Assembly (NCBI GenBank): GCA_965205485.1
Contig: OZ242180.1
Coordinates: 5,024,001 to 5,088,000 of the forward strand
Source: Candidatus Latescibacterota bacterium
GTDB lineage: Bacteria; Latescibacterota; UBA2968; GCA-2709665
DNA length: 64,000 nt
Direction of reading: 5' to 3'
In this document: one piece after another, positions 29,602 to 37,939 of the stretch
Layout of the letters: each line of letters starts with the position of its first letter
How positions within the stretch are numbered: position 1 is the first letter of the stretch
The notes under the pieces: generated by a model
Told to the model about the DNA's origin: nothing
Seen by the model: the letters and a program-made list of their open reading frames with translations, nothing else
The model's database searches: none
Made by a program: the position numbers and the translations under genes

Positions 29602-31056
29602 ATGGCCAACCTTCCAATTATCCTGGGTCTTTCGGTCTACGTCCTGCTGACGCTCGCAGTGGGACTGTACGCCGGCCGGCGAATCAAGGGTTCCGCGGAT
29701 TTCATCGTTGCGGGTCGGAGGCTGGGCATCTGGCTGGCCACGGGGACCCTGGCGGCCACTTGGTTCGGGGGCGGGATCGTCATCGGCGCTGCAAGCGAGG
29801 CCTACAAGAAAGGTTTCCTGGGCGTTATCGCCGATCCGTTCGGCGCGGCCCTCTGCCTCTTTCTGGCGGGACTCTTCTACGTCAGGGTTATGCGGCGGAT
29901 GGGATTGACGACCATCGCGGGCTTTTTCGAAAGCCGCTTCGGGCCATCAGCCGGCGCTGTGGCCGCACTGTGCACCATTCCCGCGTATCTGGGTTGGGTG
30001 GCGTCCCTCATGGTCGCCTTCGGGCGGGTGATTCAGTCGCTTACCGGACTCGACCCCACGCTGGGTATCTGTATCGGCGCGGCTATCGTCCTGGTGTACA
30101 CGACCGCGGGGGGCATGTGGGCCGTCACGCTGACGGACTTCATCCAGGTTGCCGTATTGACGGTGGGGCTTCTGGTCATCACGCCGCTGCTGCTGAACGA
30201 TATGGGAGGCTGGTCGGCTATCAGCGCGCGTATTCCGGAAGACCGGTTCTACCTCTATCCCCGGGACACGGGCGCGCCCGGCTGGTTCGCCTACGCCCGG
30301 GACTGGCTGGTCATCGGACTCGGAAATCTGGCAGGGCAGGACCTGATTCAGCGCAGCCTCTCCAGCAGGAACGAGACCGTCGCGCAGAACAGCGCCTATC
30401 TTGCCGGGGCGCTCTATCTCACGGTGGGGCTGCTTCCGGTCTTTCTCGGCATCGCCGGGACCCTCATCTTTCCCGATATCGCCGATCCGGATATGATCAT
30501 GATGCAACTGGGCATGAAATACCTCTCGCCCCTGGCGATGGCGATATTCCTGGGCGCCCTCGTATCCGCCCTGATGAGCAGCGCGGACAGCGCCCTGCTC
30601 GCTCCTGCCAGCGTGATCGGGTGGGACCTGGCCCGATACGTCCGACCGGACGCCGACGAACGTTCCATTCTCAGGATCTGCCGCATCAGCGTTCCGATTC
30701 TGGGGATAATCGCCCTCTATCTGGCGCTGGCGCACAATACCGTCTATACGCTGATGGTGAATTCGTGGTCGATCCTGCTCGCCACCCTCTTCGTGCCGCT
30801 TACGGCCGGCATCTGGTGGTCCCGGTCCAATCTGCCAGGCGCGCTCGCGGCCATGGTTTCGGGCTTCATCGCCTGGATCTGTCTCATCTACCTGGCGCCG
30901 GACCTTCCGGCAGACCTGCTCGCCGTACCGGTCGCGCTGCTCTTTCTGGTCGTTCTCAGCTACAAAACGCAAGGCTCATTTCCGGCGCGCCCGCTCGCGG
31001 ATGCGGACGGACGCCCCGTTTCCCTCGAGAACCGCCTGGGACTGGGACGCAGGTAG
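29602..31056 (+). CDS. Sodium:solute symporter family protein
   Basis: DFIVAGR, ATWFGG, GGMWAVTLTDFIQ, SALMSSADS, many TM. Confidence 0.92.
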   Translation: MANLPIILGLSVYVLLTLAVGLYAGRRIKGSADFIVAGRRLGIWLATGTLAATWFGGGIVIGAASEAYKKGFLGVIADPFGAALCLFLAGLFYVRVMRRMGLTTIAGFFESRFGPSAGAVAALCTIPAYLGWVASLMVAFGRVIQSLTGLDPTLGICIGAAIVLVYTTAGGMWAVTLTDFIQVAVLTVGLLVITPLLLNDMGGWSAISARIPEDRFYLYPRDTGAPGWFAYARDWLVIGLGNLAGQDLIQRSLSSRNETVAQNSAYLAGALYLTVGLLPVFLGIAGTLIFPDIADPDMIMMQLGMKYLSPLAMAIFLGALVSALMSSADSALLAPASVIGWDLARYVRPDADERSILRICRISVPILGIIALYLALAHNTVYTLMVNSWSILLATLFVPLTAGIWWSRSNLPGALAAMVSGFIAWICLIYLAPDLPADLLAVPVALLFLVVLSYKTQGSFPARPLADADGRPVSLENRLGLGRR

Positions 31057-31059
31057 CGG

Positions 31060-31836
31060 TTACAGACCTTCCTCTCCACGGTCCTGCGTACGCGTGACGA
31101 GAGCCGCGAAGAAACCCGCGCCGAATCCATTGTCGATATTCACCACCGCCACGCCGGGCGCACAGGAATTCAACGTCCCGAGCAACGCGGCCAACCCTCC
31201 GAAACTGGCGCCATAGCCCACGCTGGTCGGCACCGCTATCACGGGAACTTCCACCAGGCCCCCAACCACGGAAGGAAGGGCGCCTTCCATTCCCGCCACA
31301 ACCACAATCGCCGCCGCCCGGTCTATCTGTTCCTTATGAGCGAATAACCGGTGAATCCCCGCAACGCCCACGTCGTACAGTTTCCTAACCCGGCATCCCA
31401 TCGCCCTGGCAGTCACAACCGCCTCTTCCGCAACCGGCAGGTCGGACGTTCCCGCCGAAATGACGAGGACTTCGCCCGTCGTTGCGATATCGCCCTGATC
31501 GGTTCCCGGCAACAGCAATGTCCTCGCAACCGGGTTGTCGTCCACACCGGGCAGCGCTGCCCGAACGGCGTCCGCGTGAGCGCGGTCGGCCCGGGTTGCC
31601 AGGAGCGTGGAGCCCGCGTCCGAAATCCGACGCGCGATTTCCACCACCTGTTCGGCGGTCTTGCCCTGACAGAAGATCACCTCCGGGAACCCCTGCCGCA
31701 TTGCACGGTGATGATCCACGTGCGCGAAACCCAGGTCTTCAAACGGCAGATTCTTCAACTGATCCATCGCGCTGTCGACGTCCAGTTCGTTCCCGCGAAC
31801 CGCCTCCAGCACCTGCCGGATCTGCTCAGGCGTCAC
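31060..31836 (-). CDS. larB: Nickel pincer cofactor biosynthesis protein LarB (PurE-like)
   Basis: DHHRAMRQGFPEVIF, AGTSD, DVGVAGIHR, AGMEGALPS, PTSVGYG, NIDNGFGA. Confidence 0.92.
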   Translation of the reverse strand: MTPEQIRQVLEAVRGNELDVDSAMDQLKNLPFEDLGFAHVDHHRAMRQGFPEVIFCQGKTAEQVVEIARRISDAGSTLLATRADRAHADAVRAALPGVDDNPVARTLLLPGTDQGDIATTGEVLVISAGTSDLPVAEEAVVTARAMGCRVRKLYDVGVAGIHRLFAHKEQIDRAAAIVVVAGMEGALPSVVGGLVEVPVIAVPTSVGYGASFGGLAALLGTLNSCAPGVAVVNIDNGFGAGFFAALVTRTQDRGEEGL

Positions 31837-32830
31837 CGGACACCTCCTCTGCATTCAGCCGAACGGCGTTCAGAATTGCTTCGACCGCATCCGGGTCATC
31901 CTCTGTCATCAATGCGCGTCGATAAGCCGCCGCGCCATCGATGCCCTTCATATACGCGGCAAAATGCCTTCTCATCTCGCGGACCCCAGCGGGCAGCCCC
32001 TTGTTCTGTACCGAGAGCCGCAGGTGCCGGATCGCCATCCTCACCCGTTCGCCAGCGGTCGGCGCGGCCAGCAGCGTGCCCGTGGCCAGAAAGTGCTCGA
32101 TCCGTCCGAAGAGCCACGGATCGCCAATTGCCCATCGGCCCACCATCACGAGATCACATCCGGTCTGCTCCATCATGTCTTTCGCGGCCAGGGGGTCCCT
32201 GACGTCTCCGTTCCCAATGACGGGAATTGAAACGGCTTCGGACACTTCCCGGATCACGCCCCAGTCCGCCCGGCCCGTGAATCCGGCCTGTCGAGTCCTG
32301 CCGTGCACGGCGATCGCGGCGGCGCCCATGTCTTCCGCAACGCGCGCGACGTCGGATGCCGTGTCGGCGTCGTCCCATCCGCTGCGGATCTTCAACGTGA
32401 CCGGGATGGACACCGCCCGCGCCATGGCCGATACGATCCTGCCCAGCCGCGACGGATCCTTCAGCAGGGCCGCGCCCGCGCGCCGGTTCACGATCTTCTT
32501 CACGGGACACCCGCAGTTGATGTCGAGCATATCGGGATCGCGCTCGGCCGCCACCCGCGCGCCTTCGGCCATTTCTTCAGGTTCGGACCCGAATATCTGC
32601 ACGGAAATCGGATGCTCGTCTCCATCGAAGTCCAGGTATCGGCTGGATCGCTCGCTGCCGTCCGCCAGGCCTTTGGCGCTCACCATCTCGGTCACGGCCA
32701 GACCCGCGCCCTGCTCACGGCACAGCAGCCTAAAAGACCTGTCCGTGACGCCGGCCAGCGGCGCGAGTACGGTCGAACCGGGGATCGCCGTTTCGCCTAC
32801 GTATACCTTGTCGCGGCTTTGCGCATTCAT
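31826..32830 (-). CDS. dusB: tRNA-dihydrouridine synthase B
   Basis: LAPLAGVTD, DINCGCP, KIRSGW, VHGRT, IGNGD. Confidence 0.93.
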   Translation of the reverse strand: MNAQSRDKVYVGETAIPGSTVLAPLAGVTDRSFRLLCREQGAGLAVTEMVSAKGLADGSERSSRYLDFDGDEHPISVQIFGSEPEEMAEGARVAAERDPDMLDINCGCPVKKIVNRRAGAALLKDPSRLGRIVSAMARAVSIPVTLKIRSGWDDADTASDVARVAEDMGAAAIAVHGRTRQAGFTGRADWGVIREVSEAVSIPVIGNGDVRDPLAAKDMMEQTGCDLVMVGRWAIGDPWLFGRIEHFLATGTLLAAPTAGERVRMAIRHLRLSVQNKGLPAGVREMRRHFAAYMKGIDGAAAYRRALMTEDDPDAVEAILNAVRLNAEEVSGDA

Positions 32831-33651
32831 TTCAGGGTCTCGATCAGCCGTCTCACCTTCTCTGCCCCCACCCGGGCCACTTCGCCCGGGTCCTGGCGCC
32901 AGAGGTCTTCGTTGAACAACTCCAGCGACACCGGACCGGAGAACCCCTGCGACGCCAGCATCTCCAGCATCTTCCGCAGGTTTAATATCCCGTCGCCGGG
33001 ATACACGCGGTCTCCGTCCACAAGCGTTTCCCTCGGGCGGTCCGTTCGCGGCGCATCGTCAATATGGAAAATGGACACCTGCGCCCCCGGCACCTTCAGG
33101 ATATCCTCGTCACGCCCGCCGCCGCGATAGATGTGGAACGCGTCCATCACGACTGTCGTGTCAGGATGGTCCGCCAGATTCACGATGCTCATCAATACGT
33201 CCACGTTATTGACGTGCTCCACGAAACCCAGGAATTCGAGGGCGGGCAGACATCCAACCTCATGCCCCAGTTCCATCAACCTGCAATAGCGGTCCGCCGC
33301 CCGGTTCAGGTCCGCCCGACCGAGCGTGGGTCCGGCGATGATGCGCGGCGCGACGACAGCCGCGCCCTGCTCCATCCGCCGCCGTGCCTCGGAGAGTACC
33401 TCTGTCTCGAAAGCCGATTCCTCCGCGTCCATCCAACCGGAAAGGTGTACCACGTCGGGCACCGTGAGATTGTGGTCATCCAGCATCCGTCTGATGTCGG
33501 ACAATTTTCCGCCGCCCCGTTCCCATTCCGTCAGGTCGTCGTTCCAGAGTTCGATCGACCCATAACCCGCGTCGCCCGCTGCGCGGATCTTCTCGTCCAG
33601 GGACGCCGGCTTGATCGTACTGGTATTGAAACACAGCTCAAACCTGGCCAT
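32827..33651 (-). CDS. Sugar phosphate isomerase/epimerase (xylose isomerase-like TIM barrel)
   Basis: ALEF, MDAFH, FHIDD, R..PGDG, SLELF. Confidence 0.88.
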   Translation of the reverse strand: MARFELCFNTSTIKPASLDEKIRAAGDAGYGSIELWNDDLTEWERGGGKLSDIRRMLDDHNLTVPDVVHLSGWMDAEESAFETEVLSEARRRMEQGAAVVAPRIIAGPTLGRADLNRAADRYCRLMELGHEVGCLPALEFLGFVEHVNNVDVLMSIVNLADHPDTTVVMDAFHIYRGGGRDEDILKVPGAQVSIFHIDDAPRTDRPRETLVDGDRVYPGDGILNLRKMLEMLASQGFSGPVSLELFNEDLWRQDPGEVARVGAEKVRRLIETLK

Positions 33652-34312
33652 CTGTTCCTCCCGTTTCACAAATCACGTTCAACACGCACTCCCCGCATCT
33701 GGGCACGGGCGTGCAAACGCGCTTGCCGAGCGCTACGATCAGGGCGTGGTACTCGTTGAAGATCCGCGTGTCTGCCGGCAGCGCGGCTTCGAACCTGCGT
33801 TTGACTTCATGGTAATCGAGCGCCCGGTCGATTGCCCCCAATCTTCCGAAGACCCGCCGCGTGTACGCATCCACCACAAAGCTCGGTCGGTCAAGCGCAT
33901 ACAGCAGGATGCAGTCCGCGGTTTCGGGTCCGATCCCGTTTACCGACAGCAGTTCTTCGCGCAGACGCCCTGTGGGTACGTCCGCCATCCGTGACACGTC
34001 CGCGTTGTAAACGGAAACAAAGTACGCCAGAAACGCCTTCAGTCTCCTGGCCTTTATGCGGAAGGTCCCCGCGGGGCGTATCAGGGTTTGCAGCTCGACG
34101 TCGGGCATGTCCAGCATGGTCCCTGCATCCAGCGCCCCGGCGACCTTGAGCCTGCCCACCGCTCGTTCCACGTTCGTCCAGGCCGTATTCTGCGTCAATA
34201 TGGCCCCGACCATCGTTTCGAACGGGGTTTCCGCCGGCCACCAGCCCTGGGGTCCGAAGGCATCCATCAACCGGTCGAAAACCTCGCGAATCCTGTTCTG
34301 TCCGGAAGCCAT
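33638..34312 (-). CDS. Endonuclease III-related HhH-GPD protein (COG2231-like)
   Basis: GPQGWWP, AILTQNTAW, GIGPETAD, VVDAY, C-terminal four-Cys motif. Confidence 0.88.
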   Translation of the reverse strand: MASGQNRIREVFDRLMDAFGPQGWWPAETPFETMVGAILTQNTAWTNVERAVGRLKVAGALDAGTMLDMPDVELQTLIRPAGTFRIKARRLKAFLAYFVSVYNADVSRMADVPTGRLREELLSVNGIGPETADCILLYALDRPSFVVDAYTRRVFGRLGAIDRALDYHEVKRRFEAALPADTRIFNEYHALIVALGKRVCTPVPRCGECVLNVICETGGTDGQV

Positions 34313-34429
34313 ATCGGCCGGAAATCTAACGAATCGACGGATGACGATCAACCCAAATCATCTCGATGGGATGGGCCCGAGTCGGGAACCGGAACCTCCG
34401 AGAGTCCGCCCGGCATTCGTCCCGGACAA

Positions 34430-34463
34430 CAGAAAAGCGCCCGGACCGTCTCAGCCCGGGCGC
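34430..34463 (-). terminator. Intrinsic terminator of small ORF
   Basis: Minus: GCGCCCGG-11 nt-CCGGGCGC then TTTTCTG. Confidence 0.65.
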
Positions 34464-34488
34464 CTGTTCAGCATTCGGTTCGCATGCG

Positions 34489-34617
34489 TCAATTCGGATG
34501 GATGTAGAGTTTCTTCCAGAGCTGAATGACCCTCAACTGGTGCCGTACCCAGCAGTATCGCTTGAGAATCTCGATGACTTTAAGGCGTAGTGCGAATTCC
34601 CGAAGATCGGTGTTCAT
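34489..34617 (-). CDS. Unannotated 42-aa small protein
   Basis: MNTDLREFALRLKVIEILKRYCWVRHQLRVIQLWKKLYIHPN with RBS AAGGAGG, own promoter and terminator. Confidence 0.7.
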   Translation of the reverse strand: MNTDLREFALRLKVIEILKRYCWVRHQLRVIQLWKKLYIHPN

Positions 34618-34651
34618 TCCGGCCTCCTTCCCGCTGCGGATCTCATGCCTC

Positions 34652-34735
34652 ATATATACGGATGCGGCGTTCGAATGTCAAGCGGCCCGGCGCCGGGGCT
34701 TTCCGCTTTACACGTTTTCGGTGCCGGGCTATATT
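34652..34735. promoter_or_regulatory. Divergent sigma70 promoters (small ORF / aldolase)
   Basis: Minus: TTGACA(34681-34676)-17-TATATA. Plus: TTTACA-17-TATATT. Confidence 0.6.
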
Positions 34736-34783
34736 TGACGACTCAACCGTTCCGTAGATCCGACCCCTGTCACGGAGATATCC

Positions 34784-35545
34784 ATGCCCGAAACCAGCCT
34801 GAAAGCCAAACTGAAAGCCGGCGAAGTCGTCCTGGGTCCCTTCGTCAACCTCGCTTCCGGCGCACTCGTCGAAATCGCCGCGTACGCCGGCTTCGACTTC
34901 GTCGTCCTGGACACCGAACACGGCCCGCTGGACATCGAGACCACCGAGAACCTCTGCCGCGTGGCGAAGGGCGCGGGTATTTCACCGATCGTTCGCGTCA
35001 GGGAAAACGACCCGCCCCAGGTGCTCCGGGCCCTGGACATCGGGCCGGAGGGCGTCCAGGTACCGCAGATACGCACCCGTTCCGACGCCGAGACGCTCGT
35101 GGAGGCGGCAAAGTACGCGCCGCTGGGGATGCGGGGCGTTTCGCCCTACACCCGCGCGGCCCGTTACTTCGCGGAAGGCGGCCAGATCTTCGAACGCCTG
35201 AACAGGGAGTCCATGGTCCTGATCCACGTGGAAGGCGTGGAGGGCCTGGAAAACCTGGACGCGATCATCGCCGTGCCCGGACTGGACGTGGTCTTCCTGG
35301 GCCCGTACGACCTCTCCCAGTCGCTGGGTATCCCGGGCCAGGTGAGCGATCCACGGGTGGTGGACCGGATGCGGGAGGCCACCGTCGACATCAACAGGGC
35401 CGGGCTCACCGTTGGCACCTTCGCGGACAGCCCCGACGCGGCGAAGCGCTGGATCGACGCCGGCGTTCGTTACATCGCCCTTTCGGTCGATACCGGCATC
35501 TATCTCCACGGCTGCCGCAGCATGGTCGATGCGGTGAGGGGGTGA
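34784..35545 (+). CDS. HpcH/HpaI aldolase family protein
   Basis: DTEHG, VRV, LDIG, YAPLGMRG, FLGPYDLS. Confidence 0.92.
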   Translation: MPETSLKAKLKAGEVVLGPFVNLASGALVEIAAYAGFDFVVLDTEHGPLDIETTENLCRVAKGAGISPIVRVRENDPPQVLRALDIGPEGVQVPQIRTRSDAETLVEAAKYAPLGMRGVSPYTRAARYFAEGGQIFERLNRESMVLIHVEGVEGLENLDAIIAVPGLDVVFLGPYDLSQSLGIPGQVSDPRVVDRMREATVDINRAGLTVGTFADSPDAAKRWIDAGVRYIALSVDTGIYLHGCRSMVDAVRG

Positions 35546-35601
35546 TTGAGCCGTACCGAGAGACGTGCCTGGTTCAAGCCCGATTCATCGAGGACTGCCG
35601 T

Positions 35602-35645
35602 AAACACAAAAAGACGATTCCCAATGGAATCGTCTTTTTGTGTTT
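35602..35645. terminator. Bidirectional terminator
   Basis: AAACACAAAAAGACGATTCC-CAAT-GGAATCGTCTTTTTGTGTTT between convergent genes. Confidence 0.85.
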
Positions 35646-35660
35646 CAATAGCACTCCACG

Positions 35661-36095
35661 TCAGGAATCTTCGTCGCCGCTCATCGGAAGGTCCTCTGCA
35701 GAGATGACCCTGCGTCTTGGTCTCTCGACGAACTGGGGGTTCCGTTCCCGTTCCTGCTGGACCTGCATGGTATACCGCGCGGTGGGAATGGCTTCCAGCC
35801 GCATCTCACCGATCAATTCTCCCGACACTTCGCAGATACCGTACGTGCCGTCGTCGATCTTGTCCAGCGCGTGGTCGATCTCCGCAAGCTCACGGCGCTC
35901 GTTGTTGCCGAGCGTTGCCATCAACTCGAGGGAAGTTGCGTTTCCTGCCATATCGAACGGGTCCGCCGAGCGGTCACTCCTCAGTTCGTTGATGTCGGTA
36001 TCTTCCAGGAGCGTCTGCTTCAGCAGGTCCTTTTTTCGGTCCAGCAAAAGCCTCTTGAAAAACGCAAGCCTTTCAGGAGACAGTTTCTCAGCCAT
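35661..36095 (-). CDS. dksA: DksA/TraR family protein with degenerate zinc finger
   Basis: Coiled-coil tip DPFDMA, IDHALDKIDDGTYGICEVSG...RLEAIPTARYT. Confidence 0.85.
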   Translation of the reverse strand: MAEKLSPERLAFFKRLLLDRKKDLLKQTLLEDTDINELRSDRSADPFDMAGNATSLELMATLGNNERRELAEIDHALDKIDDGTYGICEVSGELIGEMRLEAIPTARYTMQVQQERERNPQFVERPRRRVISAEDLPMSGDEDS

Positions 36096-36273
36096 ATGCC
36101 CTATACCTCCCCGGCGCCAATCCTGACCTCTGAAATCTACATCCGATATCGACAGCACGTCATGACGTCGATATCGTTCTCCCGAAAATGCCCAAGAAAC
36201 AGCGCGAAATTACACAATTGGAACGGCCCCGATCCAGGCTTCAAATCGTCCCGCGTCCAATTTTTCGGACGAA

Positions 36274-36302
36274 AATTTATCCTTACCGTTGCCGAAAGTC
36301 AA
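36274..36302 (-). promoter_or_regulatory. Sigma70 promoter for dksA
   Basis: TTGACT-17-TAAATT. Confidence 0.65.
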
Positions 36303-36326
36303 GCCCCAATTTCGACAATTTTCGAT

Positions 36327-36355
36327 AAAAAATCCGCCGTTTCCAAAACGGCGGA
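36327..36355 (-). terminator. Intrinsic terminator after nth
   Basis: TCCGCCGTTT-TGG-AAACGGCGGA then TTTTTT. Confidence 0.8.
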
Positions 36356-36409
36356 GTGCGACTACCATCCGATCTGCGCCGTCAGCTGCAGACTCTCGTC
36401 ACAATGACG

Positions 36410-37069
36410 TCACGCCCGACCCTGTGACGGGCACAGCGCGCCCACGCCGCACGCATCGCAATCAGGCGCTCTGGCGCTGCAAATCGCGCGCCCGTGATGG
36501 ATAAACAGGTGCGGCAGGTCCACCCAGTCTTTCCTCGGAACGATACCGATCAGATCCTGTTCGATCTTGACCGGATCCTGTCGGCGGGTCAGACCCAGAC
36601 GATTGGAAATCCGGCGAACGTGCGTATCCACCACCACGCCTTCGGCAATACCGAACGCATTGCCCAGAACGACATTGGCGGTCTTTCTCCCCACGCCATC
36701 CAGCGCCACCAGTTCATCCATTGAACGCGGCACCTCGCCGCCATGTCTGTCAACCAGCGCCTGGCAACAGCCCTGAATGTTTCGCGCCTTGTTGCGGAAG
36801 AACCCCGTTGAACGGATCAGGTCCTCCAACTCCTCCGGCAGCGCATCGGCATAGTCCGCTGCCGTGGGGTAGCGCTCGAAGAGGATCGGCGTCACCATAT
36901 TGACCCGTTCGTCCGTGCATTGTGCGGAGAGCATCGTCGCAATCAAGAGTTGGAGCGGGTTCTCGTACGTCAACGAACACTCGGCGTCGGGATAGATCCC
37001 CTTCAGTTTTCCAATAATCTCGCGCGTCCTGGAACGCCGCACTTCCAGATCTTCGTCAAGACCCATCAT
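36410..37069 (-). CDS. nth: Endonuclease III
   Basis: LSAQCTD, GVGRKTANVV, VDTH, CSARAPDCDACGVGALC. Confidence 0.95.
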   Translation of the reverse strand: MMGLDEDLEVRRSRTREIIGKLKGIYPDAECSLTYENPLQLLIATMLSAQCTDERVNMVTPILFERYPTAADYADALPEELEDLIRSTGFFRNKARNIQGCCQALVDRHGGEVPRSMDELVALDGVGRKTANVVLGNAFGIAEGVVVDTHVRRISNRLGLTRRQDPVKIEQDLIGIVPRKDWVDLPHLFIHHGRAICSARAPDCDACGVGALCPSQGRA

Positions 37070-37095
37070 CTCCGGATTCCTTGTTTGGCCCGCGC

Positions 37096-37884
37096 TCACC
37101 ACGGACGTACCGCCGGTACTGGCTGTTCAAGGCCGTCAGCACGTATGTTCTCGCCGTTCACCCAGCGGGAGCGGTCCGAAGCCAGGAATACGACCACGTC
37201 TGCAACGTCTTCGGGCGTGCCCAGGCCCCCCATGGGAAAACCGTTCTCCTCGTAAGCGTCGAATACCTCCGGCCTTTCATCACGGAGCCCGGCCCACCCG
37301 CCGCCTTCGAAAATGATCGATCCGGGCGACACCACGTTCACGCGGATGCGGTCGTGCACCAATTCCAATGCAATGGGTTCGGCCATGAAGATCTGGGCGG
37401 CCTTGGACGCCCCGTACTGCACCGCGCCGCTCAGCTGCGGAATCCATCCCGAGATCGACGAAATGAAAACAACCGACCCGCCTCCGCGTGCCTCCATGTG
37501 GGGGACCACCAGCCGGGTCAATCGCACCCCGTGGAACACGTTCTTGTCGAAGGTCTCCACCCAATCCTCGTGCGTCGAATCCATAAACCTGTCGCCGGAC
37601 CGTCCGCCCACGTTGTTGATCAGGATATCGATACCGCCAAGCTGCGCCGCGGCCTCATCCACGAACCGCCCCGCGTCATCCGGATCCTGCACGTCGGCCT
37701 GAATGGCGGCGACGCGAACGCCGAGCGCTTCGATCTGGTGCGCCGCCTCCGCGAGCGTCTCCGACCGCCGGGCGCAGATCGCAACGTTGCACCCCTCCGT
37801 CGCCAGACCCCTGGCCGTTGCGAGACCGATTCCCTGGTTCGCCCCCGTCACAAGCGCGACTTTTCCCTTCAGATTCATGTCCAT
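37096..37884 (-). CDS. Short-chain dehydrogenase/reductase
   Basis: TGANQGIG, NNVG, YGASK, VSPG. Confidence 0.92.
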   Translation of the reverse strand: MDMNLKGKVALVTGANQGIGLATARGLATEGCNVAICARRSETLAEAAHQIEALGVRVAAIQADVQDPDDAGRFVDEAAAQLGGIDILINNVGGRSGDRFMDSTHEDWVETFDKNVFHGVRLTRLVVPHMEARGGGSVVFISSISGWIPQLSGAVQYGASKAAQIFMAEPIALELVHDRIRVNVVSPGSIIFEGGGWAGLRDERPEVFDAYEENGFPMGGLGTPEDVADVVVFLASDRSRWVNGENIRADGLEQPVPAVRPW

Positions 37885-37939
37885 GGATCACCTCCGTTTT
37901 TTTCCGTTCGATCCGTATCGTAGACCCCGCACGCTCTGC

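Noticed and set aside
33638..37069. Duplicated nth genes
   Set aside because: The 33638-34312 gene has Glu at the catalytic Lys position and belongs to a known separate family, so co-occurrence is ordinary
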